Assembly (NCBI GenBank): GCA_964604385.1
Contig: CAZRYV010000001.1
Location: 1-39,478 of the forward strand
DNA: 39,478 nt
Origin: an uncultured Brachyspira sp.
GTDB lineage: Bacteria; Spirochaetota; Brachyspiria; Brachyspirales; Brachyspiraceae
Direction of reading: 5' to 3'
The translations under genes were made by a program, and so were the position numbers. This document shows positions 36,964 to 39,478 of this stretch, piece after piece. Under the pieces are notes generated by a model. It was not told the DNA's origin, ran no database searches, and was given only the letters and a program-made list of their open reading frames with translations. Position 1 is the first letter of the stretch; each line of letters starts with the position of its first letter.

Positions 36964-38451
36964 ATGAGTCATCATCATAGGGGGCAGTGGGGGACTCGAG
37001 CCGGGTTCGTATTGGCGGCTATAGGGTCTGCGGTAGGTTTGGGAAATATTTGGCGTTTTCCTTATATGGTTGCGGCATACGGCGGCGGAGCTTTTATGAT
37101 AGTTTATCTAATCGCTATGTTTACGGCGGGAATACCGATTATGGTTTTGGAATTCTCTATGGGACATAAAACCCATAAGAGTGCGCCGGGATCATTCAAA
37201 TTTTTAAATCCTTCTTGGGAATGGTTAGGTTGGTTGCAGGTATTTACTTGCTTCGGAATAGTTATTTATTATTCCGTTATTATAGCTTGGTCTTTATCCT
37301 ACGGTTTATTTTCCCTTCAAGGTTTGAAATGGGGAGCGGACGCTTCGGCATTTTTCTTTAACGAATATCTTAAAATATCGGAAGGTTTTCAGTTGGGAGG
37401 CTTCAATTTGGAAGTCGCTATTCCTTTAATGATAGTTTGGATAATTATATTGATTTCGGTAATAGGCGGAGTTAAAGACGGAATAGAAAAGGCGAATAAA
37501 ATATTTATGCCTTTGCTATTTATATTGATTCTAATAATTCTAGTTAGAGGAGTTACTTTGCCCGGATCTTTTGCAGGACTTGATTATATGTTTAAGCCCG
37601 ATTTTTCAAAAATTCTTAATCCTAATGTTTGGATAGCGGCTTATGGACAGGTATTTTATAGCATGTCAATCGCTTTCGGCATCATGGTTACATATTCGAG
37701 CTATTTGCCGGACGATTCGGATATATCAAATAACGCTTTTATGACGGGTTTTGCAGACACAAGTTTTAGTTTGCTTGCGGGTATAACGGTATTCAGTATA
37801 ATAGGTTATATGGCAGGCTCTCAAGGTAAGGCGGTAGCAGATGTTGCGGGAAGCGGCGGAATCGGACTCGCATTTATAGTGTTTCCCGAAGCCGTTAATT
37901 CTCTTCCCGGATTAAACGGAATATTTGGAGCGGTATTCTTTTTAGTGCTTGCATTCGCAGGATTAACTTCGGCAATATCTTTATCGGAAGTCGTAATATC
38001 TTCTTTTATAGATAAATTCCATTATAACAGAAAAAAAGCTTCTATAGCGATTATGGTTATATCTGCTGCAATATCGATGATATATGCCACTGGAGGCGGA
38101 TTAAAGATACTAGATATAGTAGACCATTTTATAAATAATTATAATATAGTAATAAGCGGTTTAATAGAAATCGTATTGATAGCTTGGGTTTATAAACTTA
38201 AAGACTTTAAAGATTTAATTAACAGAGTGAGTGAATTTAGTATAGGAATTTGGTGGGATTTCTGTTTGAAATTCTTAACTCCCGTGTTTTTAGCGGTTTT
38301 TTTAGCCTTAAAATTAATCGCCGATTTCAAGAGTCCTTATGAAAATTATCCTCAAGCGGCTTTGATAGGATTAGGATGGTCTATGCCGATTATAGCTTTT
38401 ATAGTAGGAATATTATTGGCTAAACTAAAAGAAAAGTATATTAATAAATAA
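36964..38451 (+). CDS. NSS-family sodium-dependent transporter, large subunit (MetP-like)
   Basis: Motifs GSAVGLGNIWRFPY, GGGAF, WIAAYGQVFYS and GIGLAFIVFP; RBS aaggag; followed by a MetS-type small ORF. Confidence 0.95.
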   Translation: MSHHHRGQWGTRAGFVLAAIGSAVGLGNIWRFPYMVAAYGGGAFMIVYLIAMFTAGIPIMVLEFSMGHKTHKSAPGSFKFLNPSWEWLGWLQVFTCFGIVIYYSVIIAWSLSYGLFSLQGLKWGADASAFFFNEYLKISEGFQLGGFNLEVAIPLMIVWIIILISVIGGVKDGIEKANKIFMPLLFILILIILVRGVTLPGSFAGLDYMFKPDFSKILNPNVWIAAYGQVFYSMSIAFGIMVTYSSYLPDDSDISNNAFMTGFADTSFSLLAGITVFSIIGYMAGSQGKAVADVAGSGGIGLAFIVFPEAVNSLPGLNGIFGAVFFLVLAFAGLTSAISLSEVVISSFIDKFHYNRKKASIAIMVISAAISMIYATGGGLKILDIVDHFINNYNIVISGLIEIVLIAWVYKLKDFKDLINRVSEFSIGIWWDFCLKFLTPVFLAVFLALKLIADFKSPYENYPQAALIGLGWSMPIIAFIVGILLAKLKEKYINK

Positions 38452-38492
38452 AATTTTAATATAAAAGTTGATTAATTAATAAGGAGACGATT

Positions 38493-38588
38493 ATGGGAAT
38501 AGATTCAGCTATATTTATGGGATTAAGTCTTCTCGCCGTTTGGGGAGGATTCGTGTTTTTCTTAACGATAGCTTTAAGAAAAATGTAA
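38493..38588 (+). CDS. MetS-family NSS transporter small subunit (31 aa)
   Basis: RBS aaggag then MGIDSAIFMGLSLLAVWGGFVFFLTIALRKM*; single TM with SAI.M...WGG signature; lies between the NSS gene and the terminator. Confidence 0.88.
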   Translation: MGIDSAIFMGLSLLAVWGGFVFFLTIALRKM

Positions 38589-38617
38589 AATTAAAACTTT
38601 AGGTTTTATAATAAAAT

Positions 38618-38652
38618 AGGCATAATCAATATTATAAGGTTATGCCTTTTTT
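38618..38652 (+). terminator. Rho-independent terminator
   Basis: AGGCATAATC...GGTTATGCCT hairpin followed by a T-run. Confidence 0.75.
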
Positions 38653-38778
38653 ATTTTCTTTTCTTTTATTTATTGTTTTTTAATATTTTATTTTTATTGA
38701 AATTTATTTTAAAAATATTTACTAAAAAATATTATTAAAAATATTTTTTAAAAGTTTAATTTTTAATTAAATTATTTT

Positions 38779-39411
38779 TTATTTATTTGATTTTTTCTCT
38801 TCCAAATCGTTTATAAAGTAGAATATAGATTCTATTTCGTCCGCTATATTGACATCGCTTATAATACAATCTGGTTTATCGAGTAATTTTATCGGAGCAA
38901 AGTTTAAAACTCCCTTAATACCCGCGTTGCATATATGGTCGAATACTCTTTGAGCTTCCAAATCTGGAACGGCTATTATCGCAACTTCTATATTATTATT
39001 TATTATATAATCTCTTAATTCTTCTATTGGAAGAATTGGAATATCCGCTTCTCTATTTATTTTGTCGGGATTATGGTCAAAAGCGGCGACTATTTTTAAT
39101 CCTTCGCTTTCAAAACCGCTATAATTTATCAGAGCGTTTCCAATTTTACCGCACCCGATTAATATAATATTATGCGAAACATGTTTTCCGAGTATTTCGT
39201 CTATTCTAACCAATAAATCGTCAATCGTGTATCCGCCTTTTTTGTTTCCCGCTATATTGAATAATGAAAAATCTTTTCTCACCTGCACAGAGCTTAAACC
39301 TATAGCGTCTCCCAAGTTATTGGAATAAGCCTTGATAAACCCGAAACTCTTCATTCTCCTTAAAGCGTTTTTATACTTCAATAAACGCATAATTTGTGTT
39401 CTTCCAACCAT
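38779..39411 (-). CDS. rex: Redox-sensing transcriptional repressor Rex
   Basis: RL..Y; wHTH QVRKDFS.F...G...GY; Rossmann GCGKIGNAL; AFD; GVLNFAP; RBS aaggag. Confidence 0.93.
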   Translation of the reverse strand: MVGRTQIMRLLKYKNALRRMKSFGFIKAYSNNLGDAIGLSSVQVRKDFSLFNIAGNKKGGYTIDDLLVRIDEILGKHVSHNIILIGCGKIGNALINYSGFESEGLKIVAAFDHNPDKINREADIPILPIEELRDYIINNNIEVAIIAVPDLEAQRVFDHICNAGIKGVLNFAPIKLLDKPDCIISDVNIADEIESIFYFINDLEEKKSNK

Positions 39412-39478
39412 GTTTTACTCCTTCTTATTATTATTTATTATTATTGTTTATAGAATTATTATAATTATTATAAATGAA

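Noticed and set aside
169-37169. Numerous short antisense or alternative-frame ORFs in the track (e.g. 722-1285, 7826-8395, 13440-13808, 25520-26050)
   Set aside because: They overlap well-supported genes, lack SD and motifs, and are typical shadow ORFs.

Overview
AT-rich chromosomal window, most likely from a Brachyspira-type intestinal spirochaete (inferred from gene content, TPR and outer-membrane paralogues and composition, not proven). It is mostly core genes: guaB, a bacterial XPB helicase, tRNA-Cys, a class B PBP, a PfkB kinase, radA, tsaC, cysK-cysE-msrA, two NSS symporters, a polar amino-acid ABC pair, adhE and rex. Two accessory-looking loci interrupt these genes: a tandem DUF262 + DUF262/HNH pair (1352-4536, GmrSD/TgvAB-like type IV restriction) and a solitary UPF1/DNA2-like helicase fused to a DUF2726-type nuclease (27898-30588). 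These are the best candidates for defence systems. Features absent from the ORF track include tRNA-Cys, a 31-aa MetS-type NSS small subunit, a frameshifted LRR relic, a T14 tract in a promoter spacer, two apparently leaderless promoters, a Rex box upstream of adhE and marked GATC avoidance. The track also contains a catalytically dead REC-GGDEF protein that keeps its I-site. I saw no CRISPR array, integrase, transposase or rRNA. All family assignments come from motif recognition by eye, with no database searches. Nothing here is demonstrably a new system.
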